The notes under the pieces were generated by a model, which saw only the letters and a list, made by a program, of their open reading frames with translations, did no database searches and had not been told where the DNA came from. Positions 35,546 to 45,250 of a DNA stretch of 62,634 nt are shown one piece after another (positions within the stretch are counted from its first letter, which is position 1; each line of letters opens with the position of its first letter). The position numbers and the translations under genes were made by a program. The stretch covers positions 1 through 62,634 of IMG/VR virus record IMGVR_UViG_3300028298_000008, one strand, 5' to 3'. This stretch comes from a virus (taxonomy: Duplodnaviria; Caudoviricetes).

Positions 35546-36790
35546 TTAATGAGACAGATATTCAATATCAATAAGCATCTTTGTACCTATGCCAGTATTT
35601 ACTGTTTGTCTTGCTTGTAAAACTCCAGCAACAAATTGAAGTTCTATATGTGCACCATTAGGTCTGGATAAATAAGTTATGTTCTCATATCCCAAACAAC
35701 CTCCAGCATGAGCCAAGCAAGTTCGATCATTCTCATGTCCAAACTCATCTTCATATAAAACGCCCACAAGAGCGGAGAATCCCATCCCTGAAGAAATGAC
35801 CAATTTTGTATTATACCACATTCCGTTTTCAGGCAGTGTGATACGTGTCTTTACATTTGTCACGGAGCTGTAAGTGTTCTGCAAAAGCATGTTCAAGAAT
35901 TGTGGTGTTGATCTATGACCAAGAACCTCATCAATTCTTCTGATCATATTCAAAGACAAATGGGTCTTCCAATCAATGTCTCCTACCAACACTTCACAAA
36001 GCTTCAGTGTAGAAGTGAATCTCCTTGATATTTGGTATTCTATATCTTCTACAGATGCTCCTTCGAAGAAATCCTTTAATGTGACTTGTCTGTTGGAATC
36101 AACAGAAGCTATCTCATAGACAACTTTACCGTTCCTCACCTTGAGGAAATGTGTTAAAGGATCAATATTGTATTGCCACAAAGTTCTCTTGCCCATAATT
36201 GTTTTGGAGTTTCTTGTTGCCGAAATCACACCTTCTATATATTGAGTAAGTCCTCCAAATAGAATTGCTGCTGCTCCCCCCACAACAGCTCCGCCGATCA
36301 TAGAGCTTTCATCCTCAATTATGTCAATATCCGCAGAGCCACCAGCAACAGCACCACCAAGAAACTCCCAAATAAGTTTTCTTAGGACTACTGCCTCTCC
36401 ACCAGCAACAGCGCCACCAAGCATATCAACAATATATTGATGCAAAGTGGAATAATCAAAAGAACCTCCAGCAACTCCTCCACCAGACATTGCCATTAGT
36501 AATCGAGCATACCAACTTGTCAATCCGCCAGCAACAGCACCACCAAGCATATTAACAAGTTGTGTTCTGTTAAAGCCTGCTGATCCTCCGGAGATTCCCC
36601 CTCCCACCATATCAAATACATAGGCATTCCTTTCAAAGAGATCGTCTCCATCCAAAGACCAATACAGATCAAAATCTGTGCCTACAGAAGGCATCAAATC
36701 CCCAGAGCCATCAACTTCCCATTGCCCCTCTGTAGAAACAGAAGCCAACGGCTGTAAATCATTATTAATATCTCTTTCCCACGTGGACAT
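35546..36790 (-). CDS. virion protein with GGAVAGG repeats; C-terminal half paralogous to 37251-37982
   Basis: Six (M/F)xGGxxxGG repeats; shared GDIDW, IRRID, LYEDE, CLAH, YLSRPNG motifs. Confidence 0.7.
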   Translation of the reverse strand: MSTWERDINNDLQPLASVSTEGQWEVDGSGDLMPSVGTDFDLYWSLDGDDLFERNAYVFDMVGGGISGGSAGFNRTQLVNMLGGAVAGGLTSWYARLLMAMSGGGVAGGSFDYSTLHQYIVDMLGGAVAGGEAVVLRKLIWEFLGGAVAGGSADIDIIEDESSMIGGAVVGGAAAILFGGLTQYIEGVISATRNSKTIMGKRTLWQYNIDPLTHFLKVRNGKVVYEIASVDSNRQVTLKDFFEGASVEDIEYQISRRFTSTLKLCEVLVGDIDWKTHLSLNMIRRIDEVLGHRSTPQFLNMLLQNTYSSVTNVKTRITLPENGMWYNTKLVISSGMGFSALVGVLYEDEFGHENDRTCLAHAGGCLGYENITYLSRPNGAHIELQFVAGVLQARQTVNTGIGTKMLIDIEYLSH

Positions 36791-36802
36791 ATAATCTATT
36801 CC

Positions 36803-37231
36803 TTATGTAGGAGTTCCTTTTGACAACTGAAATTTTGGTGTCACCAAAATCTGGTCGCCGTTGTTTACAGGAGTAAATGCCTGAGCAAACTTCTCCGCCC
36901 AAACAAGAACACCATCTGCATCAACAACAAAATAACCGTAGACCGTTCCATTTGTTGTTAGTGGTCCAGTGAAAGCAAACGTCTGTTGGGCGTAGATGGC
37001 ATCACTTGGATCATTAGCAGGGGTTACTGTCCAGCTCCCATTACTCAGGGTTTTCGCTGCATAGCCTCCTCCCAATGCCTCAGTGTAGGTGCCTGCCACA
37101 TCGGTGTCGGCGGGTGTTACATCCGTAGCGAACAGTTTTAAAGTTAAATCTTTTCCTCCAGCCGCCCAATCATCATTGAAAAAAGCCTTTAAAGCCACAT
37201 CCGCTCCAACATCTGCAAGTACAAGAGCCAT
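36803..37231 (-). CDS. tail/virion structural protein
   Basis: LKLF...YTEA.GGGYAAKTL...W...YGYFV...WAEKF, a common phage tail-associated pattern. Confidence 0.7.
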   Translation of the reverse strand: MALVLADVGADVALKAFFNDDWAAGGKDLTLKLFATDVTPADTDVAGTYTEALGGGYAAKTLSNGSWTVTPANDPSDAIYAQQTFAFTGPLTTNGTVYGYFVVDADGVLVWAEKFAQAFTPVNNGDQILVTPKFQLSKGTPT

Positions 37232-37250
37232 TTTCCTTACCTCCTATATT

Positions 37251-37982
37251 TTATACATGAATCATATAATTACCAAACACAGTCAGCTTTGAATCCAAAC
37301 TCGAATTAACAATCTGCCTAACCTGCATCTCACCTGATATAAACTGAAGTTCAATATGCTCTCCATTTGGTCTTGATAAGTATGCTACAGCTTCTCCACT
37401 AACAGGACCACCATAGCCACCAATATGAGCGAGACATGATCTATCATTCCCATGAGCGTTTTCGTCTTCATAGAGCACGTTAATGAGGCCAGAGAACGCT
37501 TCCGCAGCATCAACTACAAGATCAGTATCATACCAAGTGTTCACAACAGGATTCAATTGGGTGAAGAATAAAGTATTTGACTCTCCACTCGCAGAACTCA
37601 GCTTCAGCCCTGCAAACTGAGGCACTGCATTATGACCAAGCAGTGTATCAATCCTCCTGATAACATTCGTGGTCAAATGAATTGGCCAATCAATGTCGCC
37701 AGGATTGATTTCTTGAAGCTCCAGAGTAGGCGTCCAATCTCTTGAAATCTGATACTCACCAGAGATAATATTCTCTCCACTATAAGCAGGGGTGATTGTG
37801 AGGGCTTCATTGCCATCAACAGAACTAACGGTGTGGATATTCCAATCATTCAGAAGTTTGAAGGAATCACCAACTTCGACTTCGGTTAAGAAGGTTGTGC
37901 CTATTCCCCGAACCTCATTCAAACTTCCTCCAAGAAGGAGAGATTCCCCACTTATAGTAACATACCCCGTTCTGTATTGCAT
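37251..37982 (-). CDS. tail accessory protein carrying six SGE motifs
   Basis: QYRTGYV...VRGIGTTF...VGD tail-fibre N-terminal-like motif; six SGE; paralog of the C-half of 35546-36790. Confidence 0.72.
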   Translation of the reverse strand: MQYRTGYVTISGESLLLGGSLNEVRGIGTTFLTEVEVGDSFKLLNDWNIHTVSSVDGNEALTITPAYSGENIISGEYQISRDWTPTLELQEINPGDIDWPIHLTTNVIRRIDTLLGHNAVPQFAGLKLSSASGESNTLFFTQLNPVVNTWYDTDLVVDAAEAFSGLINVLYEDENAHGNDRSCLAHIGGYGGPVSGEAVAYLSRPNGEHIELQFISGEMQVRQIVNSSLDSKLTVFGNYMIHV

Positions 37983-37985
37983 AAT

Positions 37986-38147
37986 TTACTCCTCTTTTTT
38001 CGGAGTCAATTCCTCTATCTCTTTTGCCAGTTTATCACATTGATCTTTGCTTGCAAGCAATTGTTGGTTTAAATCTAATACCATTGCGTCCCTTTCTGCA
38101 ATGATGTCGGCCATTATCTGTTCTCTAACTATTATTTTCACTTCCAT
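37986..38147 (-). CDS. small coiled-coil protein (53 aa, not in ORF track)
   Basis: AGGAG RBS; MEVKIIVREQIMADIIAERD...EELTPKKEE*. Confidence 0.55.
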   Translation of the reverse strand: MEVKIIVREQIMADIIAERDAMVLDLNQQLLASKDQCDKLAKEIEELTPKKEE

Positions 38148-38297
38148 ATCTTTTCTCCTTTCACCAACCCATTTTCATTCCTACTCCACTACAAACAACT
38201 CCAATCCTATTGCGCCCCCACTTTTCCCCAAGCAGTTCCTCCATCTGTATTTATATATAAAACACCTGCTGATGTAATCCACAAAGTGCTCTTTAAT

Positions 38298-41200
38298 TTA
38301 TCTTTTAATTTCCAGCAAAACCAAAGATCGACTGGAAGCTATCACAGCATCTTCCCCAGACCAAGCATAAACAGCTAAAGAGTAAGTATAAGTTCCTGCA
38401 TCAGGATTGTCCAAATAACTAAGAGGAACGGAACAATTGGTATAAATACCAGCATGCCCCCCATGCACAAAACTAATAGCCGTTATCTGTGTAACTCCTC
38501 GATATAGGAGGAGGATACCTATTAAAACTGCACCTGCTGTAGTTGCCCTTGCTTGAATACCGCCAGTGACAAGCACTTTTCCTCCTGTTACTGTTATTTC
38601 ACAAGACAACACCGTCTCTGCTGTGTTGTCAGCAGGGCAAGAGATGTCATTTCCATTATACGAGGAGGAAGTCGTTGTTACTGCATTTGCCACCAAATTC
38701 CCTGTGACAATAATATCTCCACCAATTGTTAATTCAGTCCCATTCCAATTTAAATATTTACTGGAATCCCCAATATAGAATTTTGCCCTATCTGAATCAG
38801 AATCATCAATTCCGAGGATAAATCCAGATTCAGTATTTGTAAAATCTGTCTTCCCTGCCCGAATAACTGAATCCCCTGTCCCAGCAGCAACAGCCAAAAC
38901 AATATCCTTCGATGTAATAGTACCAGCAAGAAGTTTACTCACTGCTAATTCATCCACAGTAATAATATTTCCTGTGGTTGTGTTTACTAAAGCAACCCCT
39001 GAGGTATTTGTTATCTGAATACCATAGACTCCTGTGGACAACAAACCAATTTTTATTCGATCTCGAATCCCATCATTAACAACAATATTCTTATTGGTTC
39101 CCGACAACAACAAAGAGTTTGCTCCAAGATAAATTTCCTGGGCACCAATGGTTCCTGCTGTAAGTTTGCTAACAGCTAAAGAATCAATCTTTGCATTTGT
39201 AATTATTGCGTCTTTAATCTGAGCCGACAGGGTGATCAACTCTCCAGTGGTTACTTTGTCCGAAGTAACAGCCCCTGCTTGAATGTCTGCTGTTCCTACC
39301 TGAGCTGTTGTGGCATTTAATTCAGAAGCATAATTGGAATAATTTCCAGACCAATCATAAGCTCGAACTTTGGCATAATATTTTATAGCAGGAGAGCCAT
39401 CATAAACAACGACTGTGGAAAGGCCTTTGTAGAAAACGGAATATACACCACCATCAGGTTTTATTGAGACCTCATACCCCGCTAAATCCTCTTCAGTATT
39501 AGCTGTCCAAGAACAAATGATTTTTTTCAAGCCAGCAGCAACGGCAAATCCTGTAGGCGTTGCCGGAGCTGAAGAGTCTGCTATGCAAGTGGTATCTACT
39601 TCTGCACTGAAAGCAGATTCATTCCCCCATTTATCCACACCTTTTATTTTAACATAATATTTAATACCTGGCAAAAGACCAATAAACTTATGCTTCAATG
39701 CAGTGGAAAAAACCTCAGTGTACCTCGTTTCTCCATCTCGTCTCAATTGAAGAGCATAATTATTAAAATCATCCTCAGTATTAGCATTCCAAGTGGCTTC
39801 AATATAAGCAGTAATCGCCTGAGCAATTTGCTCAACCCCTGAAGACAAAGCAAGCCCTGTAGGCACATCCGGAGGAACATTATCTGTTGGATCAGTGGAA
39901 GAAATCCGAACCAAAGTTTCCGTTGAATAATTAAGTTCATCCAATCCAAACGTATCATAAGCAGCAACCTTAAAGTACCAATTCCCTGAATCCAGTTGAA
40001 TTAGTGGGTGAGTATCCTTGCCTTGATACAACAAATTTGCTGAACTCGGAGTAAAATCCGCTGTTGTTGATCCATAAATAACATATCCTTGAAAATCAGG
40101 CTCATCATTCGCATCATACACTATCAGAACCGCTTTAATTCGTGCAGTGTAAACAACATTGCTTGGCATATCTGGAGCAGGGTTTAAAACTGTTAATCTG
40201 GCCGGTATCCTTGAAGTACGGTAATACCTATCTCTTGCTCTCACTTCAATAGTAAAATGACGATCAATGCCATCTTCATAATTTTTCTCATAAGTATAAA
40301 CATAGGTATTTACCGTTACATATTCAGTCCTCCTCAACGTGTTAACGGCGTCAAATATTTTCACTTGATAATCTTTAAACCATTGAGGAGGATAATGATA
40401 ACCAGCACCAGTAGGTTCTTCGCCTGCCGGATGCACATCTAATCCCACAGCAGATATTTCATTCCAAACCAATTTACAATCTCTGCCAGTAAACTCCACA
40501 GCATTGCCCTGACCATCAATATGAAGACCAGACACAATATCCTCTAAAGTTTCATCACCTGACCAATCACCACTCCCTGTGGTAGTGATGCTTATTGTAG
40601 GCGAAACACTGTCTCTTGATCTGACGCCACTCCAAGATTCACTGATTATGAGAAAAGTATATGTTATTTTTGGTTCAGCATTAATAAAAACATAACTCTC
40701 GGAAATGGTCAAGCCTGCATATGAATAAACCGATTGTCCTGTCTTCTTAAAAAACACTAAGGCTTGTTTATATAGAGCATCATTTGGTCGCTTGAAAGTA
40801 ATCAGAATGTCTCTGACAACATTACCAGACTCATCCAGTCGAGAACTTTCGGCAACTGTAATATTAGTTACCACAGATACAGAACCCTGAGGAGTATAAT
40901 CAGGTGTTTGTACAATAGGTGTTCCTGTGTCAACAGAATACACATTTGCATTATATTCAATAGCTCTAATGGTGGCTATCTGATCATCAGTCTTTGATAT
41001 ATCTACTACTCGAAAAGGCTTTGTCTCAACCCCAAGTTGACCAAAAGCATAAACATCATATTGAACAGGAATTTCTGAAAATGGAGTAGACACAGTAAGA
41101 ACAGTATAGGAACCTGCCACATTCGTCACTGTTTTGGTAACCAAAGTATCATTCGCTAAGCGAATAAGAATGCCATAAGTAATATCAGCATCAATAGTAA

Positions 41201-43898
41201 CCGTTTGATCAAGCGTCACAGAATTAACTGTGGCACTGACAATCCTCCCTCCAGCATCTCCCCATCTTGGTGTATCATGTTGAAAATCAATGACATCACC
41301 AATCATACAAGCGATTGCGTCAATGTCTGCGGCAAACTGTATCGTGCGCTTCCGGTATTGATTCCCCAATAAGCAGTATTGAGCAAATCGCCAAGCTTCC
41401 GATTCCCTTACAGCCCCAACCAAATAAGTTGACACTTTGTTTGTGGGTCGGTCTATTGAATTATTAAAAATAGAAACGGCATCTTTTTCATAATCTTTAT
41501 CTATATTTCTGTAGGAAACTTCAATTTCTCCCGCCCGATCTTCCAATGGCAGAAAAATTTCCTCAAAAGAATTCTCGATCACATTACCTGAAGAGAATAA
41601 CTGAACGGGAGAGGCGGCTTGCTCAATAACCACAGACAAGTTATATCCATACCAAACAAGCACTGCTCTACAAGTACCACTTATCTGTAATGCAGCCTCC
41701 CAAATAGTTGTAGCCGCATCAAATCCACCATTAAAAGTCAACCTTCTTTCAAGTCCACCACTTCCATCGTTGACAAGGACATCACAAAAATCAGCCCATG
41801 CTTGAAAATCTGTGGTTATAAGACGAGCAGAATCAAACCCTTCAAAGCGAACAACTCCATCAGTGGCAGCTCCAGCAATACATTCCCACCTAACAGTGCC
41901 ATCAACGACCGTCTGTCCTATTGTTGTTGGCCATATCGGCTCTATAGTTCCGGGCACTCCTGCAACAATACATTTATATAAACGACCATTTAGAACATTT
42001 GGTCTCACTTTCTTATTCACTGAATATGTCGGTCTGTAAGTAGAAGACATCCAATTATCATAAAACACAGGCTGTGTTAGTACATCAGAACAAACCCAAG
42101 CAGGATTTGAACTATATTCAATCCGCCAAGAGGCTGTGGCAGAATAATTTACACCAGAAATCCAAATGAAGGAGACGTTGTCTTTTAAAGGAGGAGCGAC
42201 ATTATCTACAGAACTGCTACCAAGTTGAGACCAATAAGCAGCCCAACTGGCTCCGGTAATAGGTCGCTTATCTGCACTTGCAATATGAGCTGCTTTACAA
42301 CGATAATTTTTACCATCTGTCCCAAGAACCTCATCCTTACGATATACACGAACATAACGACCTTCTAAAAGGCAAGAAAATTTTAAACTTCCAGAAAGCT
42401 GATCTGTAGCAAGAGCTTTTATGCCAACCAACACTTTTCGTGGATAGATAAAATCATCGTTGAATACTTCCCTTACAGATAAGAACCAAGAGTCATCAGC
42501 ATATTTAATATCAGAATAATTCTCGTTTATCCTTGTGACAATAATATCGTAATGTCCTTTTGTAAAGGAAACGGGATCTTTCAGGATAAAAGTTTTTGTG
42601 AAGGCACTGTTTTTATTGCTGATTATTCTTGAATAAGCATAGCTTGTTGTCCCGACATCACTTGAAGTTATCCAATGCCAATGCAAAGCTTGGTAGGAAG
42701 TAATGGTTGTTTCCAAACCTGTTTCTGGATCAATTGTCTTAGAAGTAATTGCCTTTGTTACTTGCTGACCTTCATAATGATCCGCATAAACAACTGAACC
42801 TGCTTCTTCTTCGTGCCATAAATTCTGATAGTAAATTCCTCCTTGAACACCAGGCGCATCTGTCCAATAACCAAGACTCCATCTCAAATGAACAGTTGTC
42901 ACATCTCCTGTCCAACCAGATAAGATATATCTCTTTGTTGGGTCGCTCATATGAACAGCTTCCACTTGTATATCAATCTCATGATCCTTAAAGTTTCCGC
43001 TTGAATCCATATGATAAACACCCTTTGGAAAAGTTATATCAACTTCAAGACCATCAAAAACATCTCCCCGTGTTCTGTACACGACAGGAGAGCCAAACAT
43101 AACCTTTCTATTGACAGTGTATTCTGCTTTGGTGTCGTCAAAATTAGGAATTAAAGACTGCGTTATATAACCACCCCGAACGCGGATTTCTATTTTTGTA
43201 TAAGTAGAAATATCCTGATCATTTATCTCAAAAGAAGATAAACTTTTTACTGGTCCCATTTCTAAACAGATTAACAGATTAATGTAATTTTTATCTTCGA
43301 TGTTTTCTGTAAAGGCATCAATTATATTACCAAATACTTTGCTCTTACCATAGAAATAAGGGATTGGTAAACCTTGCTGTTGCGTAGTTACAGGTGACCA
43401 AGAAGCCGTTTGTGACAATGGAGAATCACCAAATGACAAATTGTTTGCATTTAAAGGCAGGAGGGCATCGATCAGCATTCCACCAAGCATCATTCCTCCC
43501 ATACCAACAGCAGCATAGGTGCCATAGTATACTGCTGCCTGAGCTAAACCAGACAATCCTCCTAACCCAGGAACAAGTCCCGACATATATGCTGCCGCAT
43601 ATGGAGCTGCCCACGCAACGGCAACGGTCAAGGCAATAAATGCGATAGTTCGTAAAGCATCCCCATCTTCAACAGAAGGAATAAAAACAGCTTGATCTCC
43701 ATTCCGCAAAGAAACTAAAGGCCAGTCTTCCTCTTTAATCACTCTTCCATTGACAACTACTCGAACATTAATCCCAATAGGGAAATGCAATTGTCTCAGT
43801 TCAAGCAGGGACTCTTTATGATAGGCTATTAAAGAAGTCTCCCGATCTCTCCTTGTGAATGGGTCTTTTATTTTTACAAGACTAATTCGCTCTTCCAC
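38298..43898 (-). CDS. tail tip / central fibre protein (lambda I+J-like fusion) with FN3 repeats
   Basis: N-terminal ubiquitin-like part and hydrophobic stretch, PIPYFYG, SNPAW, FNGGFD, IGDVI, FN3 motifs (YFKVAAYD, YYVKIKGVDKWGNES), IKDAIITNAKI. Confidence 0.9.
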   Translation of the reverse strand: MEERISLVKIKDPFTRRDRETSLIAYHKESLLELRQLHFPIGINVRVVVNGRVIKEEDWPLVSLRNGDQAVFIPSVEDGDALRTIAFIALTVAVAWAAPYAAAYMSGLVPGLGGLSGLAQAAVYYGTYAAVGMGGMMLGGMLIDALLPLNANNLSFGDSPLSQTASWSPVTTQQQGLPIPYFYGKSKVFGNIIDAFTENIEDKNYINLLICLEMGPVKSLSSFEINDQDISTYTKIEIRVRGGYITQSLIPNFDDTKAEYTVNRKVMFGSPVVYRTRGDVFDGLEVDITFPKGVYHMDSSGNFKDHEIDIQVEAVHMSDPTKRYILSGWTGDVTTVHLRWSLGYWTDAPGVQGGIYYQNLWHEEEAGSVVYADHYEGQQVTKAITSKTIDPETGLETTITSYQALHWHWITSSDVGTTSYAYSRIISNKNSAFTKTFILKDPVSFTKGHYDIIVTRINENYSDIKYADDSWFLSVREVFNDDFIYPRKVLVGIKALATDQLSGSLKFSCLLEGRYVRVYRKDEVLGTDGKNYRCKAAHIASADKRPITGASWAAYWSQLGSSSVDNVAPPLKDNVSFIWISGVNYSATASWRIEYSSNPAWVCSDVLTQPVFYDNWMSSTYRPTYSVNKKVRPNVLNGRLYKCIVAGVPGTIEPIWPTTIGQTVVDGTVRWECIAGAATDGVVRFEGFDSARLITTDFQAWADFCDVLVNDGSGGLERRLTFNGGFDAATTIWEAALQISGTCRAVLVWYGYNLSVVIEQAASPVQLFSSGNVIENSFEEIFLPLEDRAGEIEVSYRNIDKDYEKDAVSIFNNSIDRPTNKVSTYLVGAVRESEAWRFAQYCLLGNQYRKRTIQFAADIDAIACMIGDVIDFQHDTPRWGDAGGRIVSATVNSVTLDQTVTIDADITYGILIRLANDTLVTKTVTNVAGSYTVLTVSTPFSEIPVQYDVYAFGQLGVETKPFRVVDISKTDDQIATIRAIEYNANVYSVDTGTPIVQTPDYTPQGSVSVVTNITVAESSRLDESGNVVRDILITFKRPNDALYKQALVFFKKTGQSVYSYAGLTISESYVFINAEPKITYTFLIISESWSGVRSRDSVSPTISITTTGSGDWSGDETLEDIVSGLHIDGQGNAVEFTGRDCKLVWNEISAVGLDVHPAGEEPTGAGYHYPPQWFKDYQVKIFDAVNTLRRTEYVTVNTYVYTYEKNYEDGIDRHFTIEVRARDRYYRTSRIPARLTVLNPAPDMPSNVVYTARIKAVLIVYDANDEPDFQGYVIYGSTTADFTPSSANLLYQGKDTHPLIQLDSGNWYFKVAAYDTFGLDELNYSTETLVRISSTDPTDNVPPDVPTGLALSSGVEQIAQAITAYIEATWNANTEDDFNNYALQLRRDGETRYTEVFSTALKHKFIGLLPGIKYYVKIKGVDKWGNESAFSAEVDTTCIADSSAPATPTGFAVAAGLKKIICSWTANTEEDLAGYEVSIKPDGGVYSVFYKGLSTVVVYDGSPAIKYYAKVRAYDWSGNYSNYASELNATTAQVGTADIQAGAVTSDKVTTGELITLSAQIKDAIITNAKIDSLAVSKLTAGTIGAQEIYLGANSLLLSGTNKNIVVNDGIRDRIKIGLLSTGVYGIQITNTSGVALVNTTTGNIITVDELAVSKLLAGTITSKDIVLAVAAGTGDSVIRAGKTDFTNTESGFILGIDDSDSDRAKFYIGDSSKYLNWNGTELTIGGDIIVTGNLVANAVTTTSSSYNGNDISCPADNTAETVLSCEITVTGGKVLVTGGIQARATTAGAVLIGILLLYRGVTQITAISFVHGGHAGIYTNCSVPLSYLDNPDAGTYTYSLAVYAWSGEDAVIASSRSLVLLEIKR

Positions 43899-44287
43899 TT
43901 ATGAAAACCTCGTATCCGTTTTTGCCACAAAATATTATCCAATCGTTCCACAGCCACATTCTGTTTTCTCAAAATATGGATGAACCTTCTGCAATCCTCT
44001 AACACCACCCCAATGTGCGTGACATAAGGATAGCGAATGCAGAAAGTAACTTTGCAAAAGGGTTCTGGTTCCGATAATTCAACTGATACCTCTTCCTTCT
44101 CTTCCTTTATAATCTGATCAATCAAATTGTACTCTTCTGGAGAATCATAATCAGGTGTGATTACTCCTCTCCAATTATCAATTACCTTAACAAGACCTAA
44201 ACAATCAAGCCCAGTCATATCCCTGCCGTTCTTCTTATAAGGAACTCCAATCAGGTTTTGTATTAAATTATGCAAAACGCACCCCAC
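43874..44287 (-). CDS. NlpC/P60 tail-tip peptidase (lambda K-like)
   Basis: IGVPY...GRDMTGLDCLGL...HIGV...FIH. Confidence 0.88.
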   Translation of the reverse strand: MGCVLHNLIQNLIGVPYKKNGRDMTGLDCLGLVKVIDNWRGVITPDYDSPEEYNLIDQIIKEEKEEVSVELSEPEPFCKVTFCIRYPYVTHIGVVLEDCRRFIHILRKQNVAVERLDNILWQKRIRGFHKWKSELVL

Positions 44288-44900
44288 CTTTTCCTAATCC
44301 AGGAAAACCTCCAAAATGAACGCTGTTCCCTTTTAATTTACATGCAGCTAATGTGCCTTCACAAGTAGCATCAGTTCCTGCATAACCACATTCTTCAGCA
44401 ACATCGCCTACACCCTTAAAATATCCCGCCCAAGCACAATAATCTGACAAATATCGATGGAGGGGGAATCTGCGTTTCATTGGACTGGGCGCACCAAGTT
44501 CGAAATTAACACCCATAACAGATGCCGAACAACTAAGTATTTGAAAAGCATATGTCAACTCCGCATAATTTTCAGAGAGAAGGGCATTACTTACAATCCG
44601 CATAACAACAACCTGCCCAACAAGACCTTCATAATCTTCAATATAGGAGTGAATGGTTCTCGTGGGGTCTTCGATTGACAACTTAACTATTGGAAGCTCC
44701 CCTTTTGAAGATTGCTTTGGGCCATCAAAAGAAAAAGGAAATGCTGTGTATGTTCTACCTTCAAAAACAACATCCTCTGTATTTTTTACAATATAGATAG
44801 GTAAGATTGGTGTCAAATACACATCAAGCAGAATCAGCCATTCCCCAGTATCAATGAGCAGATTTTTCTGCAAAATAATGTTTCGAGGCAGAGTTTTCAT
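44268..44900 (-). CDS. minor tail protein (lambda L-like, Cys cluster)
   Basis: YTAFPF, C-terminal C...ECGY...CEGTLAACK...HFGGFPG. Confidence 0.85.
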   Translation of the reverse strand: MKTLPRNIILQKNLLIDTGEWLILLDVYLTPILPIYIVKNTEDVVFEGRTYTAFPFSFDGPKQSSKGELPIVKLSIEDPTRTIHSYIEDYEGLVGQVVVMRIVSNALLSENYAELTYAFQILSCSASVMGVNFELGAPSPMKRRFPLHRYLSDYCAWAGYFKGVGDVAEECGYAGTDATCEGTLAACKLKGNSVHFGGFPGLGKGGVRFA

Positions 44901-45250
44901 AAAGTCACCAAAACAAAATCATAATCTGAGAGATACTGAGCACCGTCATATCCTGTATTGCTTTTCTTTGGAGGAGCCTCAAATCTTACTGTATAAGAAG
45001 TTCCTGTTACAGGGTGTGTCCAAGTAAAACTGTCTGTTGCTCCATCTACTGTATCAATAAAAGCATCGAGCAACGCTGTGTCAACAGACCCCAAATTCAT
45101 GTACTTGATCTGAAATTTTCTCCTTACTCTGGTATATCGAGAACGGGTCTTCTGATAACCAGATTCAAAACGAGATTTTATCGTATTGTCTTCCCGTTCT
45201 TCTGATAATGGGTATGTTGGTTTTTTCGATAAAGTTGGATACATAGGCAT
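44897..45250 (-). CDS. distal tail protein (lambda M-like)
   Basis: FESGYQKTR...SFTWTHP...VRF; follows the tape measure gene. Confidence 0.8.
   Translation of the reverse strand: MPMYPTLSKKPTYPLSEEREDNTIKSRFESGYQKTRSRYTRVRRKFQIKYMNLGSVDTALLDAFIDTVDGATDSFTWTHPVTGTSYTVRFEAPPKKSNTGYDGAQYLSDYDFVLVTL

Noticed and set aside
33755-43898. Diversity-generating retroelement or invertible tail-fibre cassette
   Set aside because: No reverse transcriptase or invertase was seen, and no near-identical TR/VR pair differing at adenines; the duplications are old protein-level paralogies.
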